This document shows positions 1-10,512 of a stretch of DNA of 64,000 nt, piece after piece. The stretch is from Ancylonema sp. (taxonomy: Eukaryota). A program made the translations under genes and the position numbers. Positions within the stretch are counted from its first letter, which is position 1, and each line of letters starts with the position of its first letter. The notes beneath the pieces are model-generated. The model was given only the letters and a program-made list of their open reading frames with translations. It had not been told where the DNA came from and searched no databases. The stretch lies in contig JBFLGF010000016.1 in assembly GCA_050230475.1 (NCBI GenBank), positions 62,001-126,000 of the forward strand, in the 5' to 3' direction.

Positions 1-2229
1 AGGAGGTGCCGGGGTACCCGAAGCTCATGGGGGGGAGAGCTCCCCAGGTTCAGGCGGCAACAGAAAAACACTTTTTCTATCTGTTCCCCGACACCGAAGA
101 TGAGCACCCAGCAGCAGTTGTGCCAGCAGCAGCAGTCCAACACAACATGCCAGCAGCAGCAGTCGTCCACCCCAACATGCCAGCAGCAGCAGTCCACCCA
201 ATCATGCCAGCAGTTTTGCAGCTGATGCCAGCAATTCTGCAGCCAATCCCAGCACCAGCAGAACCAGCAGTCCCTGAGCCAGCAGCTGCCAACGACTATC
301 CGCACGACAACTTCCAGCCACAAGCTGCTGAGGTCCCCAACATCACGATTGAGCTGTCCGACAGCCAGTCAGGGATCAAAACAACGCAGGAGGTGGAGAT
401 GCAAGGGAGGAGGATGCAAGGAAGGGGTGCGAACCCGGGAGTGGGGGAGCCAGGCAGCATAGCTGATCGGGTCATGGCCAAAAGACGAGCCAACTTTGCT
501 GAATATGGGGATCTCATGTGATGTGATGGGGAGGAGTTCGATGACGCAGCCCATGCCAACTACTCAGCGACTGAGTGGGAGCCCAGCTGCTTCTACACTG
601 GCTTCAACGGTCCTGTCGATCCTGGCTACGCATGCGTAGCATCAAACGGCAACTCCTCCGAGCCACTCACCCTCAACCATGCGATGATGAGGCCAGACTG
701 GGACCAGTGGGACAGAGCCATCGTGGAAGAGCTCGCTGCCCTGGAGACGTTCAACACCTTTGAGGTGGTGTGTGTACTTCCTCCAGGTAAAAAGGCTGGT
801 GCTGTGGGGTGTCGCTATGATTTTAAAGTCAAAACAACACCTCAAGGGGTTATTGAGAGATATAAAGTCAGACTGGTCGCACAGGGATTCTTACAGCAAG
901 AGGGTATTGACTATAACGAAGTATTTGCACTAGTAATCGACAGTACATCCACCCTACTCCTCTCTATAGCCAACCAATATTATAGCCAACCAATATGACT
1001 GGGAACTGGAACAGATTTCCTGCATGGACGTCTGGAAGAAGAAGTTTATATGAAAATACCACCACGTATGTATATCAATGGGGGTGCTGAGGGAAAGGTC
1101 TTACTACTGAATGGTGCTTTGTACGGTCTAAAACAGAGTAGCCACGTGTGGCAAGAAATGTTCAGAAAATTTATGATATCTGAAGGGTTTACACAATGCG
1201 TAATGGACACATGTATATATATGAGGGGGGAAGGAGACAGCAAAATCATACTGGGCATACATGTAGATGATCAGGTGATCACAGGTCCTAACGCAATGGT
1301 GGTCAAAACTTAAAGGGGACATGGGTAAAAAGTTCAAAGTCAAGGATCTGGGTCCCCTAACCCATATCGTGGGGGTGGAAGTGAAGAGGGATAGACAGAG
1401 AAAATTGCTCACAATGGGACAGTCAAGTTTCTTAAGGGGAGTACTCGAACGTTATGGGATGCATGAATGTAATCCAACCAAACTCCCTCTCGCCCCTGGA
1501 ATTCAGTTTACGCAAAATGATGAACCAACTCTTCCCCCTACCCCTGAAGAAATAACAGACTTTCGAGGAAAAGTGGGATCTCTCATATACGCCATGAAAC
1601 AAACCAGACTGGACATCGGGTATGCACTTGGGGTACTGGCTAAACACATGGGAAATCCTGGGGTCGCACACATAAGGGCATTACATCAATATTGAGATAC
1701 CTTAAAGGGACTGTGAACCACGGACTGACGTTTGTGGGAAAAGACAGCTTTGAAGTAAAGGGTTACTACGATGCATCATGGAACAGCTGCAGTGCATGAC
1801 AGGAAAGTCAGGTCACAGGATGGGTAACCGTTGGGGGGACAGCACTGAGTTGGAAGTCGCAGAAGCGGTCCACTGTTGCACAGAGCACTCTTGAGGCTGA
1901 ATATATCGCTGCCTGTAGTGTATCTAAAGAGTGTTGTTATCTAGAGTCTCTCTTGAAAGAACTCAAGGAACTCAAGTTCCCAAACCAAATCACACTCCAC
2001 ACTGACTCAACCTCAGCTCTCTCCATGATCCAGCAACGACAGAAGGCAAAACACTTTAATGTGGTATATCACTGGGTACGGGAATGCCACAGCACGGGGA
2101 GACTAAAATATGTGTATCTTGCAGGCGCCCAATCAACCAGGAAGATATGCTAACCAAAGCTCTTCATCAAGTTTTACTGGACAGACACAGCAAAAGTCTA
2201 GGTTTTGGACGGTTATACTGAAATGGGGG
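1..2229 (+). mobile_element. Ty1/Copia pol remnant (integrase-RT linker, RT, RNase H), frameshifted
   Basis: ORF pieces carry Copia RT motifs: WDRAIVEELAAL, RYKVRLVAQGFLQQEGIDYNEVFA, LYGLKQS, IHVDD, KDLG, YAMKQTRLDI. RNase H pieces include SWKSQK, EAEYIA, TDSTSA and DMLTK. Several stops and frameshifts. A purine tract (GAAATGGGGG) ends at 2229. ORF 6-521 is the low-complexity PAAAV-repeat linker. Confidence 0.93.
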
Positions 2230-3046
2230 TGTCAGTCCTTTCTTTTATTTTTATTATCAGAGGTTTCGAATGCCATGCATGTTGGCAGGGGGTGTGTTGT
2301 TATGTTTCTTTTCAGGCAGAAGTAATGGGGAGGGAACAACTTCAGCTCATCCAGCTAAGTCACACTCTTACCTTAACACCTTGAAAAGAACACTTGAAAA
2401 CGCTTAAGGACACTTAAGGACACTTTAAGATCAGAAAGTGGTGTGGATCTGCTCAACTTTAAACTTGTCAGTTTGTTCTGAATTTCGAATGTATTTCCTA
2501 ATCATTGTTGCAAAACTTGTCAAAAGTTGGTGCTGATAGGACTGGCAATTTTGAAGTTACTGTTTTGAGATTTTTGACTGGAAAGTGTAAAATTTTGAGA
2601 ATCAAAGTTGAAAAAGTTCAAAAATAATATTTTCTCAATTTTTTTGTTTTTCGCTAACTTGTGGTATTTGTTTGTATGTTCAGGGCTTCGGCCTGAAAAA
2701 CGACTAAGGATCTGGAGCTTTCGACTTCATGGAGTTCCGATCGGCTTCCGAACAACTGCTGCATTTGTAGATAGGGCCCCCTAGCACGCTTGTATGCTAG
2801 GGAAGACAAAACTGATTTATATGCTATGCAATGGTTCTGCCATGATTTGGCAATGACTTGGGTACTCTTTTTGATGTCTGCATCTATGCCAACTTTAGCA
2901 TGGCATCCGAGGGGGTGTGTTGTATTTTGGATAGCCATATGTTATATGCTTGCTAGTCCAGTTGTATCGGTTACTCTAACCGGGAGCAATATTCCTAGAT
3001 GTGCCTATATGCGGGGCCGGGCAAGTTTGTGCCCGGGCACCTGACA
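2230..3046 (+). repeat. 3' LTR of the Copia element (about 817 bp)
   Basis: Starts TGTCAG directly after the PPT and ends CTGACA at 3046, a perfect 6-bp terminal inverted repeat. The partner LTR is outside the window. Confidence 0.7.
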
Positions 3047-3545
3047 TGTTTCCGACGCTTAGAGACGTTATTTGTTTGACGCGTCGGTGATTGGCTTGTT
3101 TAGTCGTGTCAGAAATGCCGGCATGTGCCGTGTTGATATGTAGACGAGTTGTCAGTCAATTCAATGATAGGCCGACGGTCAATTGATAGTGCCGACCGTC
3201 GGCACACAACAATCTGTAAAGCGCATCGGGTATTACCATCCCCCGATGCAATCACAATAATAATTCGTTTCCACACACGCAACTCCTGTCTCGTTGATCA
3301 TCAGTGATAGTGATCCTTTTGCGTACGGTTCGTTTTGTCGCCCACCTAATTATTCCGGCACGAATCACTCAAAAGCTTATAAGTGGCTCGTACGGCGCGG
3401 CATCTGCGTGAAGAACGCTTTTGAACACGACACTAGGAATAGAGCGTGTCGAGATTGCGTTCGGCACATGACTAATGCACCAGAAACGGCGGGTGCATTC
3501 TGAGATGACCACCACCAGGGCAAAAAATGCGACGTGTGAATGTAC

Positions 3546-3633
3546 CTGTAGTCCGACCCAGTTCCTGGTGGCCCCTAACAAGCTTCCAAGGTGGATGTTT
3601 CCAATAGGCTGAACCCCAGACACGACGCGTGTC
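3546..3633 (-). pseudogene. Isolated exon of a bacterial-type (organellar) tryptophanyl-tRNA synthetase, HIGH-motif region
   Basis: tacag|...|gtacat splice sites flank TRVVSGVQPIGNIHLGSLLGATRNWVGLQ. This resembles the TrpRS N-terminus (RVxSGxQPTGxxHLGNYLGAIxNW) with substitutions at conserved positions. No downstream exons found. Confidence 0.8.
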
Positions 3634-4689
3634 CTGTATAGGAGACGTGGGTGACCACACACTGAGTGTACATACGTAGTGGGCTTAGAGGGCTCAATGC
3701 TGTATTTGTTCTCGAGTGAAAATGGATACAGAGGTGGTGTACAACGAGAGTGACCAGGAGAAATTGCGGTCTACGAGACGAATACAAATTCGATGACACT
3801 ACCTCATGATATCGTAATTGCCGCATACCTTCACGTGTCTGTGCACTTCGCACTGGATGTGAGTTAGAAGTATGATTCGGTGCAACACTAACACCGGTTC
3901 GCAATCAGGGGCCATATAAATAAACAAGCTCCTTGGCTGCCAGTAGACTTACTTCCCTTCCGGCTTAATAGTGGTTCCATCCCCTCCAACCCACCTCCTG
4001 CCTTTGATAATTCTTGCGAGCTTCGATAGGAGGTTCCGTTCCTCGTTCTACAACAGTTGCTCCGTCTGAGGAGGCCGCCCTTGCAGACATCCGTCGGATG
4101 TAGAATGTGATAGCGGAGTGCAGGACAGGCCTTTCGGACGGACATTTGACAAGATAATTCGACCCCCCTGGAATGTGGCCTTGGAATGCACTATTTGCGA
4201 TATATCCGGGGTCAAACATTTTTGTATCTAGCAGTATCCGGCACGAGTTGAGTTCGGGGATATTTTAGCATGTAGTATTGCGCAAACTAAGATGTATGCC
4301 GGGACATGTGGCCGGAATCAAGTACCCTTCAAGCCGACATCCCGTTCGAACGCGACCTGGATCAGGAATTGAACACAGATAGCGGGGAGACTTAGCGGGG
4401 TTGAGCCATTGGTTGGGGACTACGCGCCAACATAGCGAGGCAGTATCGTCCCACGCGGTACGAGCGATTCTACTCCTCGTGATTGTAAGACCGATTCACA
4501 ACTTCCTTATCCTTCTACGGAAATCCAGGATTTTACTACCGCTGTCGCCAGCATCTGACACGAATTCTTCATGCCCGGTATTCCAAACTCAAGCTCAGGA
4601 GGTGAGCGTCATTGTCTAGCCAAGCGCACAGCTTCGGGTGGCACCCACCATGTCGGGTACCTACCGCTTTTGCGACTTGGCTGGATCCC

Positions 4690-5757
4690 CACTCAAACCC
4701 CAGTATAAGAAACTTTGATATAAGAAACTCCTCGCTAGAGAACACTTTTTTTTTCAACATTATTTTTCCCCTCCTAAAACACCCCCCATTAGGGTTGGCG
4801 ACACTGCCCTACCGCCCTACTCCTTACTGTTTCACCGCGGTAGCTACCGATGCTCAAATATGCAGTAGGGGGTAGGGAAATGAGCCCAATCGCGGTTGGC
4901 ACGGTAAGGGGTAGGGCGGTAGGAAATAATCGGTAGGGAACGGTAGGGAATGGTAGGGATCGGCATGGAACGGTAGGGAACAGTAGGGAATCGAATATTT
5001 CCGGTACTTTTTTTTTTTTTTGGTCGCAAATTATATATTTGACTCTACGCTGGAAAAAAAAATCCCTACCGTTTCCTACCGCTCCCTACCGTGTCCCTAC
5101 CGATTTCCCTACTGCCTGCCGCCACCCTACCCCCGACCGATGCCCACCCGGACTGAATCCAAAATCGGTAGGAAGTAGTAGGGGGGGAATACCGTGGTAG
5201 AAACACCCTACCGCGGGCCGAAAATGCGGTGTCGCCAACCCTACTCCCGACATAAGCATAAGAAACTGTGTGATAAGAAACAAAAATTTCCGAAATCTAC
5301 TATACCCACGAGAGAATCATAAAGGAAAGCACGAATGGAATCCCATATGAGTACAACGAAGAAAATCAAAAACCTAAAAACACCTAGGAGGGCAACTAAT
5401 ACAAATCCAAGGTTCCGAATTGGTTCCGAAATCTACTACTACGGTCTGTAGTAGCAACCCGAGTTTTCTACGGGTTTCTGATACGAAGTTCAACCCCTCA
5501 AAATTATTACTCTTTCAATAAATAGTCTTCACCGATTAATACTTCGTAAATCAATTTCCTCACGTAAAGTTTCACAACCACCTGTAATTGTAATATTACG
5601 CATAGAACGTGAGTGTAAATACTATCACACGAGCTTCTCACGTCCGCCGATTCAGGACTTTCACGTCTACATGAACAAGTAAAAAAAACGCACGCTCAAA
5701 TACTAGATGATATGTTTTCACGTGTCCAAACCTCGTTGTAAGAAATATCTTCACCCG
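4690..5757 (+). mobile_element. Degenerate copy of the 9418-9964 mariner/pogo-like MITE family, interrupted by a hAT MITE and by the inverted-LTR element
   Basis: Begins CACTCAAACCCC like 9418. 4690-4785 resembles 9418-9510, and 5600-5750 resembles 9710-9860. Confidence 0.6.
4790..5243. mobile_element. hAT-type MITE
   Basis: 15-bp TIR TAGGGTTGGCGACAC / GTGTCGCCAACCCTA. Many subterminal CCTACCG / CGGTAGG motifs. Degenerate 8-bp TSD (ccccccat / ctcccgac). Confidence 0.8.
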
Positions 5758-5764
5758 CACCTGG

Positions 5765-6175
5765 TGTTAGGACCTTCGCTATAGTCCCTAGGGCTCCTTA
5801 GCGAAGTTCCCTAAACTAGCGCTACTAGCCTAGTGTGCTAGTAGCGAGTGTGTGTTATTGTACCGCGACTTGGATCGCTCTAGGGAGAGCTAGAGCCCTT
5901 CTAGAGTTTCGCTATTGTTATATCGAGTGTTGATCGCTTATAACGACTAGTTCTTGTATGCGACTTCAGTTGTTCGTTGAGCGATACTCATTGTCCCACA
6001 TTTGTAGTGAAGTCGCTAGCCGAGATTTCACTATTATAGTTCGAGTTAGGATTGAGGATTTCTCACTCCTAACATCTCATGTACTCACATGCTTTATACC
6101 ACACTTTTTCCCATCGTGTCGATTTCCTTTGTGAGTGTTCATCAAACTAGATCCTTTCCCCTCCCGGGTCTAACA
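5765..6175 (+). repeat. Gypsy LTR, inverted relative to 8386-8802
   Basis: TGTTAG...CTAACA ends. Its reverse complement aligns end to end with 8386-8802. Confidence 0.9.
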
Positions 6176-8275
6176 CCACCTGGTGGTAAGCGTTGCGCAA
6201 GTCGATTTTTGTAAAGATTTTCGCCCGGTGCAAGCGATCCAACATCTCAGGTATGAGGGGTAGGGGATAGCGATTTTTTACTGTAGCCGCATTCAGACCT
6301 CTGTAGTCCACGCAGAGTCTGAGCTTGCCATCTGGTTTCTTGATGAACATGACAGGGGCCCCCGCAAGGCTAGTAGATGATCTGATGAATCTGTTTGCCA
6401 CGTTGTCAGAGATGTATTGTTTCAGAGTAGCCAACTCCGGTTCTGACATGGGGTAGATTGGTCCCCAAGGTGGTTCTTTCCCTGACAAGAGGGGTATTTC
6501 CAGATCATAGGGGCGGTGAGGGGGAAGGGTATTAGCCACTGATTCCGAGAACACGTTTGCGTAGTCGTGGTACTCGGGGGGGAGTTTGGACAGCAGCTCC
6601 GGGTCTGGGGGGGCGGGGAGGGGTAGGGAACTGGCTGCAATGAGCGCACGGGGGGGGACGATTGGGGTGGCAGGGGTGGGGGGGGGGGGGTTTGAGAATG
6701 GGGTGGGGGGACTCAGCGCGGCTGGCAGGCATTCACTCTGGCAGTGGGGGGACGTGAACCGCAGAGCGTCTGCCTGCCAGTCGATGGACGGGTTGTGGCG
6801 CTAGAGCCCAGGGGTAGCCTAGCACCGTGGGAAAGTGGGCTAGGCGGGTTACATCAAACTGGAGTGTTTCGGTATGGGAGCCCAGACATCGCAACAGGCC
6901 CTTGTAGAAGTGCGTTATAGGGCCTGCGGACGGAGCGCTGCCATCAATCAGCTCCACTTGAATGGGTGTGGGGGTGGGGAATGGTAGTCACGTGGTGCTG
7001 AGCGAGCAGCGTGGGGTCTACGAAGTTTCCGGACGCGCCGCAATCGATGAGGTCGTTTACCGAAATGGGGGGAAGAGGGTACTGGAGCAGCTGGACTGAC
7101 AGGTACAGGTGGCGGGGCTAGGGGGCTGGGTTGGGGATGGGGTGGGAGGGGGAAAGGGCCATGCCCAGACAGACCCCTCCTAGGACTGTCCGGGGGCATC
7201 GTTTTGCTGGTCAGGAGAAGTGTCCAGAAAGCGGACCTCGCGGGCCTGGTTGGCCGGCTTCTCCGGGCAGGTGTCGTGGTTATGGCCCGCGCCTCCACAG
7301 TACAACATGCACAGGTTTCCCTTCTATGGATTCTAGTTGCAGCCGTTTGCGCCGGGTGCCATCGAGTTCCATGGGGGTGACCTCTTGGAGATAGGAGGGG
7401 ATGGGGGCAGAGGCTTGGTAGGGGGGGGTGTAGGGCTGTTTGCGGGTGGCAGCGTCGATGCAACGGCTGTTGGCGAGGTTGGTTTCGACCAGGCCAGCAA
7501 CCTTCACAAAGGCGGAGAAGGTGGGGGGTTGTGTAGAACGCGCCAGCTCGCTCTGAATCGCCAGGTTTCAGTTTGGCTTTGAAGTTGTAAATCAGGGAGT
7601 GGTCCGTCCAGCGCGGCTAGAAGGTGTTCGTAATGTCCCTGAACCGAACAGAAAGCTCAGCCTCTGATCCCGTGTGTTGCAACTCGTGCAGGCGGCGTTC
7701 GAGGGCTGCCTGGTCCTCTCCCCCCCCAATGTGTCGTCGAGTTCCTGGAAGAAGTCTGTAAGGGTCCAGTTTGTTGGGGGCTCTACGGTGACCGGATCGC
7801 AGACGGAGCGGAACCAGCTCTTGGCCATGCCGTCCGGCAGATTGCCCGCCAAAATCAGTTTAGATCTGACAGTGGAATAGCGTAGGGGGCTGCCTAGAAT
7901 GTGTTGGGTAACCCCAAAACGGAAGTTTTGCGGATCTGCTGACTTGCCCGAGAACATAGGAGGCAGGGGTAGGTTCAGGTCAGGGGCTGGGGTAGGGGCT
8001 GGTGGATGAGGATAGTAGACAACATGGGGGGGGGGGGCGGGCTGGGTATAGGACTGCTGGTTAAGGAAAGGCTGAGTGTAGGGAGACTCATTAGCCAGAG
8101 GGATTTGTTGGAACTCAGAAAATGTGGGCCGAGTAGAGCCGGCCTCTTCATAGGCGCTATTTTTGTAACGGAGTTCCTCATTTTCACGTGTGAGACGATC
8201 ATATGGGATATCAAAAGTTGCCTTCATTTCCTGCATTTGTCGAATTAAATCGTCATAACGCGAATCTGAATCCAT
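6176..8275 (-). mobile_element. Ty3/Gypsy (Tf1/Tcn1-like chromovirus) gag-protease-RT, truncated within RT
   Basis: gag ORF 8275-7592, then PMELDG and the zinc knuckle CLYCGGAGHNHDTC, then protease LIDCGASGNF. RT N-terminus reads [11 protein letters not shown]...[17 protein letters not shown]...KNRYPLPLI...[11 protein letters not shown] and is cut by the LTR at 6175. Frameshifted. Confidence 0.93.
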
Positions 8276-8385
8276 GAGAAATAGGAAGAAAGATGACAGA
8301 AATGAAGAAGGATGAAAAGCCGAAAGCTCACTAGGTGGAAAGCCGAAAGAAAAAGAACCTCACAATTTTTTTGCTCCTAACATAG

Positions 8386-8802
8386 TGTTAGACCCGGGAG
8401 GGGAAAGGGATCTAGTTTGATGAACACTCACAAAGGGGATCGACACGATGGGAAAAAGTGTATAAAACCATGTGAGTACATGAGTTGTTAGGAGTGAAAA
8501 ATCCTCAATCCTAACTCGAACTATATAGTGAAAAATCTCGGCTAGCGACTTCACTACAAATGTGGGACAATGAGTATCGCTCTAAACGAACAACTGAAGT
8601 CGCATACAACAAGAACTAGTCGCTATAAGCGATCAACACTCGGATATAACAATAGCGAAACTCTACAAGGGCTCTAGCTCTCCATAGAGCGACCCAATAG
8701 ACGCGGTACAAGAACACCCACTCGCTACTAGCACACTAGGCTAGTAGCGCTAGGTTAGGGAACTCGCTAAGGAGAGCCCTAGGGACTATAGCGAGGGTAA
8801 CA
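8386..8802 (-). repeat. 5' LTR of the minus-strand Gypsy element
   Basis: TG...CA ends, 110 bp upstream of the gag ATG. Followed on the minus strand by ctATGTTAGGAG (candidate self-priming PBS). Confidence 0.9.
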
Positions 8803-9417
8803 CTGTAAGTAGTTCGATATAACGTCTGAGGCCCTAAATTGAATACTGCCACGTTGTAACCGGTTCACCAAAAACATTTCATGAATTTGGAAACATCCCG
8901 GCACCCTTGGGGTATAGGAAGTACCTCCCCCCCCCCGGTAATAATAATAATATAATTTTAACGCCTATGGGTCAGCACCGTGCGCGAGCGCACGCGTGCG
9001 GAACACGTGCGGGACGCGCACTTCAAAGACCCATCTATGCTCGATGGTATTTTACATATCGACCATTTATTATACTGAAAAAAACTAAAAAAAACATTTA
9101 CATGGGAGACCTCGCAAGCATGCCTCTTATAACGAGGTTTTTACTCGTGGATCCATGTCGTCAATTTTTTATAGAAGCGCTAGTATTTTTGTACATGTGG
9201 AAGTGCATTACCCGAATCGGAGGACCACTTAAGCTTTTGTGATACTAATTGTACTCACGTTCAACGCATTATGTCATTAATTACAGGCGGTTGCGAGGAG
9301 TGATGTAAGAAAGTTGCTTGACGAAGTATAAATTGATGAAGAATATTCAATGAAAAATACTAATTGAAGAATGCTATATCTTAGAGGGGTTTTCCTCCGT
9401 ACTAGAAATGCGTAGTA

Positions 9418-9964
9418 CATTCAAACCCCAAAATTATAAACTTCAATATGAGAAAGCCCTCGCTAAAAGAATTTTTTTTTTCAACATTGTTTTTCGCCCG
9501 CTTGAACTTCCCCGATATAAGCATACAAAAACTCCAATACAAGAAACAAGTATTTCCAAATATTATTATTACGGCTTCAGTATACGCAATAAAACCCCTT
9601 TTAATTATTATTGCCCCTCTTAGTTGTTCATAATGTTCTTCATCACTTGACACTTGGTGTATTATTTTCCTCACAAAATTTATATCAACTATATGTAATG
9701 TATATTTACACGTAGAACGAGGTGCAAATATTATAGCGAAAACTTTTCACGTCCTCCGATTCAAGTAACGCACGTCCAGATGTACACACAATATTACTGC
9801 ACGCTCGAAGATTTGACGACATGGATCCACGTGTCCAAATCTCGTGATAAGAAGCATCTTTGCGAGGTTTCCCATGTAACGTTTCTTATACGCAGTATAA
9901 CAAATATTGTCTACAAAAAACTTTTTCCCCAACATTTATAGATTTCTTATATCGGGGTTGAGTG
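9418..9964. mobile_element. Tc1/mariner (pogo-like) MITE
   Basis: TA-CATTCAAACCCC...GGGGTTGAGTG-TA. A second right-end copy sits at about 10070-10090 and an inverted partial copy at about 9090-9390. Confidence 0.65.
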
Positions 9965-10512
9965 TAGACAAATCTGTATTATTTTGTTGCTTATATCGTG
10001 ATCCCTTGTGCTCGTATCGGGCACGTTAAAAAGAAATTTCTTATAGCGAGAAATTTGTAATAAAGATGTTTCTCATATTGGGGTTTGAGTTCAATTTGGT
10101 GGACGGAAAGTATGTGCCGTAGACGTGTACGAGCAACATTTGCGGCCCGTCAACATTGCGCGTGAAATCTTCCGATTGGGCCACGCCATCCCAAACTATT
10201 CGTAGGCATAGAACGTGCAGGATACGTGCAGGATACGGAATATTCGATTGAGCACAGGTGGCCTATATTGATTCGAACACGGCCTCGACGAATCTCGTTC
10301 CGCCAATCCTGCGCTAACTCACCACCTCGCCCACCCAACTGATCTGCCGACGTTCCAAGTGCGTCTGCCTCCCCGTTCCGCCGTCCCTCACCACCACCGA
10401 AACGAACAGTGGAGTAGATCTGCACTAGACCTGTCCATGTCCTCCGACTCTCAGATTTTGTGCGCTCACTTGCAATCCCACCACTACAAACTATAGTCAC
10501 CAATCCGTCACC

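Noticed and set aside
3171..3203. 10-bp perfect hairpin GCCGACGGTC / GACCGTCGGC as a Helitron 3' end
   Set aside because: No CTRR terminus at the expected distance on either strand.
5591..5599. TAATATTAC, the geminivirus origin nonanucleotide
   Set aside because: No flanking stem, lies inside a MITE relic, and is 37 kb from the Rep-like region.
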